42,361 bases of DNA from Octopus sinensis (GCF_006345805.1 NW_021835144.1:1-42361); one strand, 5' to 3'. Positions 1-13,211 are shown, numbered from the stretch's first letter. The notes: generated from the letters alone by a model not told the origin. Numbers and translations: made by a program.

Positions 1-184
1 CTCTCTTCTCTCCTCTCTCTCTCTCTTTCTCTCTCACTAGACTGCATCAAACTGATCCGATTATTGTGACCAATAAATTGATGCGCCACCACTACTTGCG
101 TTACCACTACCACCTCGAATCATCACCACAACAATCATCACTACCACCAACACTACCATCGCTGCTACTACTACTACTACTGGA

Positions 185-800
185 TTTTCTCTGGCTGCCA
201 ATTTTCAATCTCTTTAATTCCTGCTTCAAGTGATTTCATATTCGGTGTAATGATATGGTTTTATATGCTAATCACTGCTTTGAAATTCATTTTCGCGATA
301 AATCAATAAATAAAGATTTGTTAGTTTTTAAATTTCGCACATTTTGGGGGTTATTTTAGCCAATCGTAAGCCGCAGACACATTCGTGTCTGTTTCCATAG
401 TAACGAACAAAGCACGAGAACTCTTTTGTCTTCGAGAAAGCACGTGTTGGCAAATATTTTCCACTCACTGAGGTAGTCGTCAGATATGCTAAAAATAACA
501 GCCAAACAGGCCTTAAATCACGCACCAAAACATTTTTGTTTTAATTTTAGATAATCACATGATTTCCCGTTTGTAGAACACAAATTCGTAAAAGGTTTCT
601 GAAAATTCCAAAATATGAAAAAAAGTTATGAGAGGTTATATGGCAGAATTTGATTGGTTTACAGTTGGCAAACATCTCTGAAAGTTTCATCGCATCGATC
701 CAGCGATTCTGGAGATGTCTTGTCCACGGGCAGACAAACAAACAAACAAACAAACACGACTGAAAACAATACCTCCGCTTTCGCTAAGGGGAGGTGATCA
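185..800 (-). mobile_element. HINE/DINE-1-like non-autonomous Helentron-type element
   Basis: Minus strand starts with hairpin ACCTCC ccttagcgaaagc GGAGGT, then (GTTT)n and a gatcgatgcgatgaaactttc core, the DINE-1-like layout; distal boundary uncertain. Confidence 0.5.
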
Positions 801-1230
801 AACCAGCGAGAAAGGCGTCAACAACAGTAATAACAAAAGATTTTCCAACGTGGCTAGCACCAAAAACAAGAAATGCTTTCGCTAGGCCTAGATGGTTTGT
901 GGCCCCACAAAGGATGCATTTGGGTTTTCGGCCTTCCAGAACAACTAGTTCGACCCAATTGGACATCTGTATAAGGTCCAGGATTTTTCTTATGTTCTAT
1001 GGCTTCACATGAAGCAGGATCTCTATGTTTATCCCGGACCAGTTTTCCGTGCCACTTCGCTTGACTTCTCGGAGTATGTCCGGATCTTCTAATACAACGC
1101 AGGCCACAATCCACCAAAAGTTCACACCAGGCGGAATACCCGATATCCGTAGCCTGGTAGTTATTCTTGATAGATATGTCGGGTAGTGGAGGAACCTGTG
1201 CAAACGGAATCTATTTCAGGGTGTGGACAT
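800..1230 (-). pseudogene. Non-LTR retrotransposon ORF1 (gag-like) remnant
   Basis: ORFs 997-1203 and 784-966 are in one frame split by a stop: YPTYLSRITTRLRISGIPPG...VVLEGRKPKCILCGATNHL, a CX2CX4H zinc knuckle lacking the last C. Confidence 0.6.
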
Positions 1231-1431
1231 GAAGTTGTGTTTGTGCGTGTTTGAGAGAGAAAGAGAGGGAGATCTGGTTTCAAGGGCATTCTGGGTAGCT
1301 TTCTCCAGTTTTTCGTGTTGCTGTTGGTGATGATGGTGATGCTGGAACTGCAAGGGCTGTTGCTGTCTCAGCTAACCTCACACCAACAGAAATAGATGTA
1401 ATCGGCACTGATCCTATACGTACATAAATAA

Positions 1432-1481
<50 letters not shown>

Positions 1482-1484
1482 TAT

Positions 1485-1712
1485 TTTCTTTACTACCCAC
1501 AAGGGGCTAACATAGAGGGGACAAACAAGGACAGACAAACGGATTAAGTCGATTACATCGATCCCAGTGCGTAACTGGTACTTAATTTATCGACCCCGAA
1601 AGGATGAAAGGCAAAGTCGACCTCGGCGGAATTTGAACTCAGAACGTAGCGGCAGACGAAATACAGCTACGCATTTCGCCCGGCGTGCTAACGTTTCTGC
1701 CAGCTCACCGCC
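1485..1712 (-). mobile_element. tRNA-derived SINE family A, full length
   Basis: Minus strand GGCGGTGAGCTGGCAGAAACGTTAG (A-box-like) .. GAGTTCAAATTCC (B-box); homologous to copies at 5733, 22219, 33019 and 39081. Confidence 0.85.
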
Positions 1713-2059
1713 ATATATATATATGTGTGTATGTGTGTGTGTGTGTGTGTGTGCGTGCGTGCTTGCATGCGTGCGTGCGTGCATGCGTGCGTGCGTGCAT
1801 GCGTGCGTGCATGTATGTGTGCGTGCGTGCATGCGTGCGTGTGTGCATGAGTGCGTGCGTGCGTGCGTGCATGTGTGTGTGTGTGTGTGTGAGCGTGCGT
1901 GTGTGTGTTCGCAGTATCAAAAACAAGGGGAGGAAGTTGGTTAAGAAATGCTCTCTTAAACAAGTCAATTACAAGTAGCCCCCCTTTGCAGAAAGACCAG
2001 CAGCTGGCATCGACTTCTGTGTATAGAATAATAGAAGTGGACGGCATGTCTCTCTCTGC

Positions 2060-2121
<62 letters not shown>

Positions 2122-2122
<1 letters not shown>

Positions 2123-2640
2123 TAAGGTATGTAGAAAAATACAACATGGACAAGAACGTATAACTCTTAGAAGACGATACAATAAACACGGACAGGACAT
2201 TCGAAACCCTCAGTCTTCAGTCAAGAACCGGATCATCGTAGTAATTTCGGCTGATTAATCTTGAGATTACTAGATCACGGCCAGCCCTCCAAGAAAAACT
2301 AAGCAACGAGCATTAGAAAAACTAAGCTGGGAGCGTAGATTTCTGGAAGAAGGATCGAATGCATACGAACACCAGGACAGCAAAAGGGACGAATATAAAA
2401 AAACAAAAACAATATGGAATACAGAAACATGAAATACAGAAGCATTAACGGTGAAAACAACAAGTGTCTTACGACTGATAACAAGCAAACAAATTTTTTT
2501 CTCTGGCGCATTGGAAAGGAGCCTTATCGGCGATGCCTATAGCGGCGGACGAAAAAACAACGATGTTAACACGACGCTGGTGAAAGCGAAAGGCAGATTT
2601 CGGCCAGCAGTCACGTGACAGAGAAGAGAGAAAAGAAAAG
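2122..2640. repeat. Interspersed repeat inserted in microsatellite; related segments at 26735-26844 and (inverted) 8540-8660
   Basis: Shared tcttcagtcaagaaccggatcatc..aatttcggct block. Confidence 0.7.
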
Positions 2641-2729
2641 AAAGAGAAGCAAAGGAAGAGAGAGAGAGAGGAGATATATATATTATATATACATATATGT
2701 AATATACATGCATACATACATATATATAT

Positions 2730-2763
<34 letters not shown>

Positions 2764-2764
<1 letters not shown>

Positions 2765-2984
2765 TCTTTCTTTTACTTGTTTCAGTCATTTGACTGTGCC
2801 ATGCTGAAGCACTGCATTTAGTCAAACTAATCAACCCCAGGACTTATTCTTTGTAAGCCTAGTACTTATTCTTTCGGTCTGTTTTGCCGAACCACTATAG
2901 TAGAAGACACCTACCCAAGGTGCCACGCAGTGGCACTGAACTCGGAACCATGTGGCTGGTAAGCAAACTACTTGCCAACAGAGC

Positions 2985-2987
<3 letters not shown>
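2764..2987 (-). mobile_element. tRNA-derived SINE family B, internally deleted
   Basis: Head and tail match 8368-8951 in reverse; the middle is missing. Confidence 0.8.
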
Positions 2988-3015
<28 letters not shown>

Positions 3016-3200
3016 GATTTTGGTCGTTTTGACTGCTCCTTCTAGCGTGAAAAATTACCTATTAAAGGTAGTTTCTCTTGTGTTTAAATGTACACTATTT
3101 AATATTGAGAATATGTTATCTATTGACTTTTTATACATGCTAGGCGACTGGTAGTGAAATTTCTAAAAAATATTAGCTACCCTATATATTTTACGTGTAT

Positions 3201-3289
<89 letters not shown>

Positions 3290-3952
3290 AATGGTAAGAC
3301 AACAACTTTGGGGCTAAACAACAACAAGATCATCATCACCATCATCATTACCATTAGCACGTCGCATCCCCACCTCTATCGTAAACACGGTAGTTAGTAT
3401 CGAAGTGGTCATTTGGCTTGCTAGAAACAACAGCTAGATCTCATCCTTCAACATCACCTCCGCTGCGTTAAACAAGATACATTGATTAACGTAGTCTGGC
3501 CTTCACTAAACATGATGGTCATGTTAGGAACATCCTTTTACTAGAAGTCTGCTGACTGTGGGACGATATTGTTCTAGACACGAACATCCTCCCTCATTGC
3601 TACTACATCCTATACAACCAACAGCTACCACTATACACTACCTCACAACCATCACCGCTACCACCGCTGCGCGCACATCTCACCACCGACTCTACTACAA
3701 CCAATACTCACACCACTACCATTACAGATTTGCCTACCGTCACCATACCACCTCCGCCACCCTCACTGTACCACTCTCAGCTAGAACCATCGCTATACTT
3801 TCGCTACAACCATCCATACCATCGCCACTACTACAGCTACTACTACTACTACTACTACTACCACTTTTTTCTCACTAGACACCACTACTACCACCAACAC
3901 ACTATCACCTTGTACTATTACTACTAATATAACTAAAATCACTACTACTACT

Positions 3953-3997
<45 letters not shown>

Positions 3998-4526
3998 TAC
4001 TACTACCACCAAAACAGTGCCACCTTTGAACTACTACTACTGCTAGTAAAATCACCACCACCACTACTACTGCTACTACTACTACCATAAGCATTACTAC
4101 CGTCACCATAACTACTACTATAACTGCCACCACCACTATTACTACTACTAATAACACCAACACCAACACCACTACTACTACTACTATCATCACAGATACT
4201 ACCACTGCCTCTACTACTACCGCAACTGGTGTCGCTCGCCACCACTACTGTCATTACCACCATCACAGATGCCACTGTAAAGAACATCAGCTGCCACTAC
4301 TAACACCACTACTAACACCAATACCACCACCAATACCTTTACTATCGGTACTACCATCTCTACTACCGCCGCTACAGCATCGCCGTCAGCCACTACCTCC
4401 ACACACACACAGCCACCACAACCTCGACGAACACTACAACCACTACAACAAAAACAGCACCACCACTATCAACCCCCACCCCACCCCACCCCCTCATAAC
4501 CACCGCCGACGCCCCTCCCCCCCGCT

Positions 4527-4919
4527 ATCTCTACAATGAAGCCCCCCGCCGCCACCATCTCTACAATGAAGCCACCCCCCCGACGCCACCATCACCACCA
4601 TCTCTACAATGAAGCCACCCCCCCGACGCCACCATCACCACCATCTCTACAATGAAGCCCCCCCCCGACCCACCATCACCACCATCTCTACAATGAAGCC
4701 CCCCGCCGCCACCATCTCTACAATGAAGCCCCCCCCCCGACGCCACCATCACACCATCTCTACAATGAAGCCCCCCCCCGACGCCACATCTCTACAATGA
4801 AGCCCCCCCCCGACGCCACCATCACCACCATCTCTACAATGAAGCCCCCCGCCGCCACCACTCTACAATGAAGCCCCCCCCGACGCCACATCACCACCAT
4901 CTCTACAATGAAGCCCCCC
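4527..4919 (+). repeat. GC-rich minisatellite, ~11 units of ~29-44 bp
   Basis: Core CTCTACAATGAAGCC followed by variable C-run/cgacgccaccatcaccacc. Confidence 0.92.
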
Positions 4920-5126
4920 ACCCCACCGCCGCCGCCGCCGCCACAGCCACAACCTGACTAAATTTTCCGATTTTTTCTGACTTTTTTAGTCACAACAAAA
5001 GAATTTTCTGTATGTTGCGCTGCCACCCCGACTTTCTTCATATCTTACATAACAGGCCACCACGAACTCGTAGCAACACCATCACCACCATCACCACCAT
5101 CACTACCATCACCATCACCCTCACCA

Positions 5127-5160
<34 letters not shown>

Positions 5161-5732
5161 AAACAAACGAACAGTACATTCTGTGTGTTAGTTATAGTAA
5201 TAGAGCTAGTGTTCACACCACCGCCGCCGCCCCACTGCTACCACCAGCACCACCACCATCTCTATCAGCACTATCACTGTCCCCCCGCCACCACCTACTA
5301 CGCTACCACCACCTCCACCAGCACCAGCACCGTCGCCACCACCACCACCACCACAGGCTCCGCCATCGTCTTCACCAGGTCCAACTTAAGCACAGTCAAC
5401 AACCGGAGCGAACCGCTACGTGGTCGCTCGATCTGCTAAAAACAACAGTCAAAGTTCTCTTTTCGTTTTTTTTCAAATCCCACCCTAAGGACATAGTGGA
5501 TGGTCACTAAAATCAATTAGGAAATTAGGATGGTCACGGCTGGAAACGCTGGATTAGTGTTGTCTCTGAGTGAACATCTAAAAATACAAGAACTATTGAC
5601 CAACTCAGCCTCAAGTCAAGCCCTACGGCTTCAAAATGGTAGTGAAACATATATAGCCAGAGTAGCGTAGTCCTAGATATACTATGCCAGTTGCATAGTG
5701 TGCCTATGATTACAATATACTCTTGTATACAA

Positions 5733-6290
5733 GGCAATGAGCTGGCAGAAACGTTAGCACGCCGGGCGAAATGCTTAGCGGTATTTCCTCTGCCGTTACG
5801 TTCTGAGTTCAAATTCCACCGAGGTCGACTGTGCTTTTCATCCTTTCCGGGTCGATAAATAAGTACCAGTTACGCACTGGGATCGATGTAATCGACTTAA
5901 TCCGTTTGTCTGTCCTTGGTTGTCGCCTCTGTGTTTAGCCCCTTGTGGGTAGTAAAGAAATAGGTATTTCGTCTGCCGTTACGTTCTGAGTTCAAATTCT
6001 GCCGAGGTCGACTGTGCTTTTCATCCTTTCGGGGTCGATAAATTAAGTACCAGTTACGCACTGGGGTCGATGTAATCGACTTAATCCGTTTGTCTGTCCT
6101 TGGTTGTCGCCTCTGTGTTTAGCCCCTTGTGGGTAGTAAAGAAATAGGTATTTCGTCTGCCGTTACGTTCTGAGTTCAAATTCCGCCGGGGTCGACTTTG
6201 CCTTTCATCCTTTCGGGGTCGATGAATTAAGTACCAGTTCCATACTGGGGTCGATGTAATCGACTGACTCCTCCCCAAAAACTTCGGGCT
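5733..6290 (+). mobile_element. SINE family A, one head plus three tandem body units
   Basis: Units start at ggtatttc 5780, 5963 and 6147 (periods 183 and 184 bp), nearly identical. Confidence 0.9.
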
Positions 6291-6390
6291 AGAACAGCTT
6301 TGATCATAGGTTTGTTGATCCAATGATTGCACCCCCGTCCCTTGGGCTAAACATCATAGCAACAACACCATCACCATCACAATCATCATC

Positions 6391-6421
<31 letters not shown>

Positions 6422-6523
6422 GCAATACTATTACCAACATGAGAGCCTACAGCACCACCATCACCACCGTAGTTCTGCCTGACCAAGGATGGCCGTTTGC
6501 TTAACAGTTGCGCCATCACTTCA

Positions 6524-6842
6524 CTCTTTTATTCTTTTACTTGTTTCAGTCATTTGACTGCGGCCATGCTGGAGCACCGCCTTTAGTGAGCAAATCGACC
6601 CCGGGACTTATTCTTTGTAAGCTTAGTACTTATCATATCGGTCTGTTTTGCCGAACCGCTAAGTGACGGGGACGCAAACACACCAGCATTGGTTGTCAAG
6701 CGATGTTGTCCCCTCCAACATCGCTTGACATCGACCCGAGGCTATAGTAGAAGACATTTGCCCAAGGTGCCACGCAGTGGGAATGAACCCGGAACCATGT
6801 GGTTGGGAAGCAAGCTACTTACCACAAAGCCACTCCTGCACC
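6524..6842 (-). mobile_element. SINE family B
   Basis: Reverse complement of ggagtggct..ggttccgggttcattcccactgcgtggcacc..gcagtcaaatgactgaaacaagtaaaag. Confidence 0.85.
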
Positions 6843-7642
6843 TTGAAATAACAAACAAATCTCCCTCAAACGAGAGCTTGCCTCCTTTAAAAATGAGTGG
6901 TAGACCTAGCGGTAGATAAAAAGCGGAATGGCCACATAGGATGATGTAGTCCAGGATACACCATTACTTAGAAGTCCTTAAAGAAATCGCCCCGCGTTCG
7001 ATCTCACTCTGTGCCTTTTCTAATAGTTTTGGATCGGGCTCAGGAAGATGAGGAGATGGAAACTGTACAGAAGCCTACCAGAAGGATTGTCGCTGTACTT
7101 CAAAGCCTTGACACACTCTGCATCACGCTGATTCTGTGTGAGGATCAAGTTAACTATATACAAGTCTGCGGAATACTCAGCCGCTTACATGTTAATTAAA
7201 TGTATAATTAGTTCAGTTGATCAAAGAAACTAGGGTAGTTACCGTCGAAAATGACGAAGGATTCATTTACCGTATTTTCCAACGTACTAGTCGGATTTTT
7301 TCAGACTAATATTTACCGCGGAAAAATGGTGGTTCGACTTATACGCCAAAACGAAAGACCAAAAATTCCACATGAAATGCAGCAGGATTTGGAAAGATAG
7401 TGAAGATGTTTAAATGTTTATGCTACATGTTAATACTATATATCACGTCGACCTGTATGCCAGAAAACACTGTATGTATGAGCTTATGAGGGAAACCTCT
7501 ACACAGTCGCTAAAACTGTTAGAAATAGCGGCTAAATCTTTTTCAAATTAGACCTTTTTGTCTTATAAATGCTCGTACCATATTTTTCATCACACAAGTG
7601 GAATTTACAACCAAAATAATATAGGTTAACTTATACACCAAG

Positions 7643-7904
7643 GTGGAGGCGTGTGGCTTAGTGGTTAGGGTGTCAGCATCATGATCGTAAGATTGTGGTT
7701 TCGATTCCTGGATCGGGCGACTCGTTGTGTTCTTGAGCAAAACACTTCATTTCACGTTGCACCAGTCTACTCAGCTGGTAAAAATGAGTAACGCTGCGAT
7801 GGACTGGCGTCCCGTCCAGCCGGGGAACACATACGCCATAGAAACCCGGAAACCGGGCCCATGAGGATGGCTAGGCTTTAAAAGGGCGCATAAAAATATA
7901 TAAA
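7643..7904 (+). mobile_element. tRNA-derived SINE family D with 11-bp target-site duplication
   Basis: A box TGGCTTAGTGG, B box GGTTTCGATTCC, A-rich tail; TATACACCAAG at 7632-7642 and 7905-7915. Confidence 0.88.
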
Positions 7905-8367
7905 TATACACCAAGACGGCTTTGGCTGACCAAAAATTCCACGTGAAATGCATCAGGACTTGGAAAGACGTTGATGATCTTTGAATGTTTGCTCTACATT
8001 TTACACTACATACTTGTATATACTTGTATGACAGAAAATACTGTAAATCTTTTCTTAAAAGCTGAACTTCAAAAGCCCTCCTGCCCTTCCCACTTCATAT
8101 CGCATTACTCTCGTTGCTGTATCCACTTGTACATCCATCTTGATGTTTTCCAGCATGGTTATTAGAATTAGTCATTCTTTTGTTTATTTAGCAATATTAG
8201 TCATTGGCCATACTTGGCCTTCAGTTTCAAGAGATTTTAGTTTGTAACTATCAAATCACTGTACTTTCTCTACTGTTTATCTTCTTATCAAAGAGGAATG
8301 GCAAAGTCAATGGTAACTCTTTATCATATCGCATTTTCTGGCGTACAAGTTGAAGTTTTCATACTAA

Positions 8368-8951
8368 GGAGTGGCTGTGTGGTAAGTAGCTTGCTTACCA
8401 ACCACATGGTTCCGGGTCAGTCCACTGCGTGGCATCTTGGCAAGTGTCTTCTGCTATAGCCCGGGCCGACCAATGCCTTGTGAGGGATTTGGTAGACGAA
8501 AACTGAAAGAAGCCCGTTCGTATATATGTATATATATGATTCAGAGCGGATCTCAGAATTAACAGCCGAAATCTGCGATGAGGGATCAGTTTCTGACTGA
8601 AGAATGAAGGCTTGAATGACTGTTGTCTTTTTGTTCGTCTCTTCGTGTATTCACGTTATTTATTTATAAAGGTCTATTATATATAATTATGTGTGTGGGT
8701 GTGGTGTGTGTGTGTGTATATGTCTGTGTGTAGGTTCTGTGTGTGTCTGTGTTTGTCACCCTAGCATTGCTTGACAACCGAGGCTGGTGTGTTTACGTCT
8801 CCGTCACTTAGTGGTTCGGCAAAACAGACCGATAGAATAAGTTACTGGGCTTACAGAATAAGTCCGGGGGTCGATTGCTCGACTAAAGGCGGTAATCCAG
8901 CATGGCCGCAGTCAAATGACTGAAACAAGTAAAAGAGGTTAAAGAGAAAGA
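8368..8951 (+). mobile_element. SINE family B, full length, with a nested fragment (~8538-8690) in its internal microsatellite
   Basis: GGAGTGGCTGTGTGGTAAG A-box head, internal (TA)/(TG)n, tail gactgaaacaagtaaaagag. Confidence 0.85.
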
Positions 8952-9084
8952 GAAGCCCAAAACAGTAGATTAATTTATAGATCGTGACGACTTTGGAAGT
9001 CAAAAAATTCTATATGAAATGCAGCAAGATTTGGAAATGACAGTGACGATGTTTGAATGTTTGCACTATAAGAATACCGAGAAA

Positions 9085-9430
9085 TACGAGCAGTGGGGCT
9101 TCTTACTAGGTTTCCGAGATTGCTATCTTTTTTTAAGGCGACGAGAGGTGGTGCAGGAAAGATTGCAGAGGTTGTGGCACCAGAAAGTAGAAGCTGGAAG
9201 TCGCAAGTGAATTTATCTTCAATACGGATAGAAAATGTGTGTGTCTGTGTGTTTGTGAAAGAAAGAGAGAGAGAAGAGAATAGAGATAGTGGTATACAGT
9301 GTATAGGCGTGCGTAAAGAGGACAGCATAGCAGTGGCCTGGTCCCGGTGGAGTGCTGGGTCCACAACTGATCGAGAGTGATATGCTATGTTTTGTCACGT
9401 TGTTTTCATCTAATTGTTTGCTCTCAATGG
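9085..9430 (-). pseudogene. Penelope-like element ORF remnant (RT to GIY-YIG linker region)
   Basis: ORF 8975-9364 contains DFQLLLSGATTSAIFPAPPLVALKKDSNLGNLVRS, resembling the PLE motif IFPxPPLVAxxRxxNLxxLLVRS; interrupted by microsatellite. Family recognised from memory, not by search. Confidence 0.7.
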
Positions 9431-9689
9431 CTCTTTGCTTTCTATATCCTATCAATTCTATAGCAGTTGCTCTCTTCATAGCTACCCTCTACCCACCGAT
9501 TGCTGATTATCGCCCCCACCCCTATGTCCTGTTGGTACGGTTTTTTTACGCTGGTAACGAGTTCAGATTCCAAGGCACTGCAGGGATGACAGCAGCCATA
9601 GCAGACATATTAATAAATAACAATAAATAACAAAACAACAAAACTATAATAAGGATCAACAAAATAGGGAAGAAGTAGAGTGATTCTTA

Positions 9690-10610
9690 CACAATCCCGG
9701 TTTACCGTGGCATTCCAAAGAATCTCTTCAGTTTTTGCTACCAGTCTACAACTGCATAGTCAGTGTAGAATCATGTAGTTGTGCCATTTCCACCACTGTC
9801 ACATAATGTCTATAAAGAGTAGTGGAGAGGAGCACCTCCCTCTACACTAACTTCCGTCTTCAAGTGGTATTTAAGTTGATGATGGCTTGGCTTGGCTTGG
9901 GAGAAACATCTTTCTCCTCCACACGGTTTCCACCACTAGAAATACCAGACAGGGGAAGACTCGACTTTACCAAAAGAAAAATAGTAAGCCGATCTTCATA
10001 ACTGACTCAGCTGATAGCCGAATCCGTCAGGTATGTTGACGTCAACTCTTTCACTTAAATACACATTGGCACGGATATTGAATGGATATTTAACGGACAT
10101 TTACGTCACTCACCGCCCACATCTCGGACGGATTCAGTTGCTGATGGCTCCAGTACATCCACGACTGTAGATCTTATCCCTAACAAACTGAGACACTGTT
10201 CCTTGCTATGCCAAGGACTGGACCTGAAACATTCCTCGCTGTCTTTTTCGACACCCTAATCATTCGCAGGTCATCACCGTTCATACTCTACTCTATCTCT
10301 TTATGAATATATCAGGGTCGAATTTCATCCATTACATTGTTCAACTGACAATGCAATGAAGGTATGTCAGTATTCCTGATACAAAATACCCAACCCCTGT
10401 GTGAATGATCCAAGGTCCAGCTCGCTGATCAAAGAGAACATCTTTAAGAAGACGTATTACAAGTCTATTGACCATCCCTGTTTCCCGTCGTCATTGACCA
10501 AAAACCTCCGCAAAAACTGCATCCTCTGCGCATGCCTGTACAACAACAGGCATGAAATTCCGAAACCACCCTGTGGGAGTTGTTGGCAGTCGATGGACAA
10601 TAGTAATGAA
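9690..10610 (-). pseudogene. L1/Tx1-like LINE ORF2 C-terminal remnant
   Basis: Broken minus-strand frames give CQQLPQGGFGISCLLLYRHAQRMQFLRRFL (GGLG-like post-RT motif) and FQVQSLA*QGTVSQFVRDKIYSRG..RPRCG (zf-RVT-like); many stops. Confidence 0.6.
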
Positions 10611-10868
10611 TGTCAATAAAACAACAACAAATCTGGCTAGAAGCCAATAACCAAAAAACCAACAGACCAACAGTACAACAAGCCAAACATCTTCATTTAA
10701 TAAACACTATTTATTTATTTGGCCTGTTTAGCTTACTGGGTCGGTTATGGTGGCGGTGGAGTGGTGGCAGAGATAATGTTAGGAGTATTAGTACTGTTGT
10801 TACTTATAGGAGTAAGAGCCTTCGTAATGTTAGTAGTACAGGTTAAGGTGCTGAAGGTGGCGTTGTTG

Positions 10869-10900
<32 letters not shown>

Positions 10901-12659
10901 GGTGGTAGTGTGATAGTACAGATCGTCATCGTTGTGATGAGGGGCCGGGGGTGGTTGTGGTGAAGATGGTGAATGTGGTGATGGTGGCGATTGTAGGGAG
11001 CAATGATGGCGACGGTATGGTGCTGCGGTGAGGATGGTGGTGGTGGTGGTGGTGATGGTGGTGGTGATGGTGGTAGTGATAGTGGTGGTAGTGATGGTGG
11101 TGGTGGAGATGGTGGTGGTGGTGGTTGCCGTCATCGTTATGATGCAGCGGGGACTGTTGGCTGGTATTAAGAATGGTTGTGGCAGTGATAGTGGTAGCGA
11201 TGGGTGAGATGGTGGGAGGGGGTGATAGTTGTTGTGATGGTGGTAGTGATTATTATGATGGAGAAGGTGGTGGTGGTGGTGGTGGTGGTGGTGGTTGAGA
11301 AGTTAGCAGTGAATATTTAGTACCATGGAAGGGGTGTCTGTACATCTGCTTAGTCAAAGTCTTTGTATGTCTCCATGAGTGGTGGTGGGTGGTGGTGGTG
11401 GTGGTGGTGGTGATGGTGGCGGAGGAGGAGAGTGGTACTTATCTATGGACAGATTGCTGATAAAAAGCGCCAAAACTACAAGAAACACAATAACAACATT
11501 TAGAAACTCCACCACCACCACTATCATCACTAACAACAACAACAACACAACCCCTATCTCTACTACCGCCAACACCCCACCAACACCACTACCAACACCA
11601 CAAACATCGCCACCATCATTGCCCCCACCACCACCACCACCACCACCACCGTCGTCGTCAACGCCACTGCTCCGACCATTCACCACTACCACCACTACCG
11701 CCATTGCCACCACCACCACCAACAGCAGCAGCATTAGCTTCAGCACCAACAGGCGGGATAGAGTGGAATAGTGGTGTTGGTGGTGGTGTTGGTGGTGGTG
11801 GTGGTGGTGGTGGTGGTGGTGAATGCAGTAGGTAGAATGCAACTGTTTTTTTGTTTTTTTTAACTCTTTCGTTTCTTTGAATAAACTTAAGTTTCCGAGT
11901 AAGATAGAGCAAACAGATTTACATCCTCTGTTTTAACGTCTTTGCAATATACTTTGTTACATATCTTGTTATATGGTCGCTTAAATAAACTTACAGAAAA
12001 AAAAACAAACAGTTTTTTAAAAAAAATTGAAAAGTGAGAGAGCGAGATAACAAATTAAATATAAAAAAATAACGGCAGCCGACATTGGATGTAAAGCTAG
12101 CACACTGAATCATTACCAAGACATCGTTTCGTAATTAAAATTCATTTTTTCTTTTCCTTTCTTTTGTTGTTTTTCGTATCTCTTGATAATTTTAAGTCTT
12201 GCATTCTTGCTCTTTTATGCCTTTTTCTTTCTTTGTTTTTAGCATTTCCTTTCTACTTGCTTCTACATTTTCCCTCCGTTTTTTTTTTCTCTTATAATCT
12301 TTCCTTTTCGCATTTCTGTCACCAATTTCCTGTCTTCTAAAAACTGTCACCGTTTCCACCTTTTCTACCGCCTGCCTCTTCTTCCGAATCATCTCCTGAT
12401 TCTTCTTACAATTGCTCTTGTTGCCACTGGTGATGTTATTGTCGTCGTCGTCGTAGTAGTTGTTGTTGTTATTGTTGTTGTTGTTGCTCTTCTTCTTCTT
12501 CTTCTTCTTCTTCTTCTTCTTCTTCTTCTTCTTCTTCTTCTTCTTCTTCTTCTTCTTCTCTATCATCTTGTCCGCGAACACAAAATTGAAGGAAAAAACA
12601 AAAAGGGACGGGATAAAAAAAAAACGTGTTTACGTCACGAAACAGGAAGTAAAACGAGT

Positions 12660-12693
<34 letters not shown>

Positions 12694-13096
12694 ACGTAAC
12701 AATAATAACAACAAACACAGTAAACACAACAACAAACACAACAACAAGCACAACGAGAAAAACAACAACAACAACAACAACAACAATTCGCGTACCAACG
12801 CTGATTTGACGTAAAAATGATTAACACCCAACTCATAAGAACCAAAAGCAGAACAACAATAACACCAACAACAACAACATCAGGAGTGTCGACACTATCG
12901 TAAGCAACAACAACAAGAATTAGAGCTTCTATGTGGTTTGCTCAACCGACCAGAAATAACAACCAAATCTCTCCCAATTTGCACTTCACCGTCTTTATCT
13001 AGGAAAAGACTTAACATAGTCCGATCTGTGTATAATATATGTTTAAATATGTGTGCGTGTGCATGTCGGCCTCTCTTTCTCCTACCCTCTTCTCTC

Positions 13097-13137
<41 letters not shown>

Positions 13138-13169
13138 CGCTCTGTGTGTGTGTATGCGTGTGTGTGTAT

Positions 13170-13211
<42 letters not shown>

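Noticed and set aside
4527-4919. CRISPR-like look (constant repeat with variable spacers)
   Set aside because: Spacers are variants of one another, the context is eukaryotic and no cas genes are present; it is a minisatellite.
10745-12845. Thr/Pro/His/Lys/Gln-rich ORFs resembling mucins or similar (also 3558-4408, 23947-24474)
   Set aside because: Trinucleotide-repeat DNA open in several frames on both strands, with no splice or domain support.
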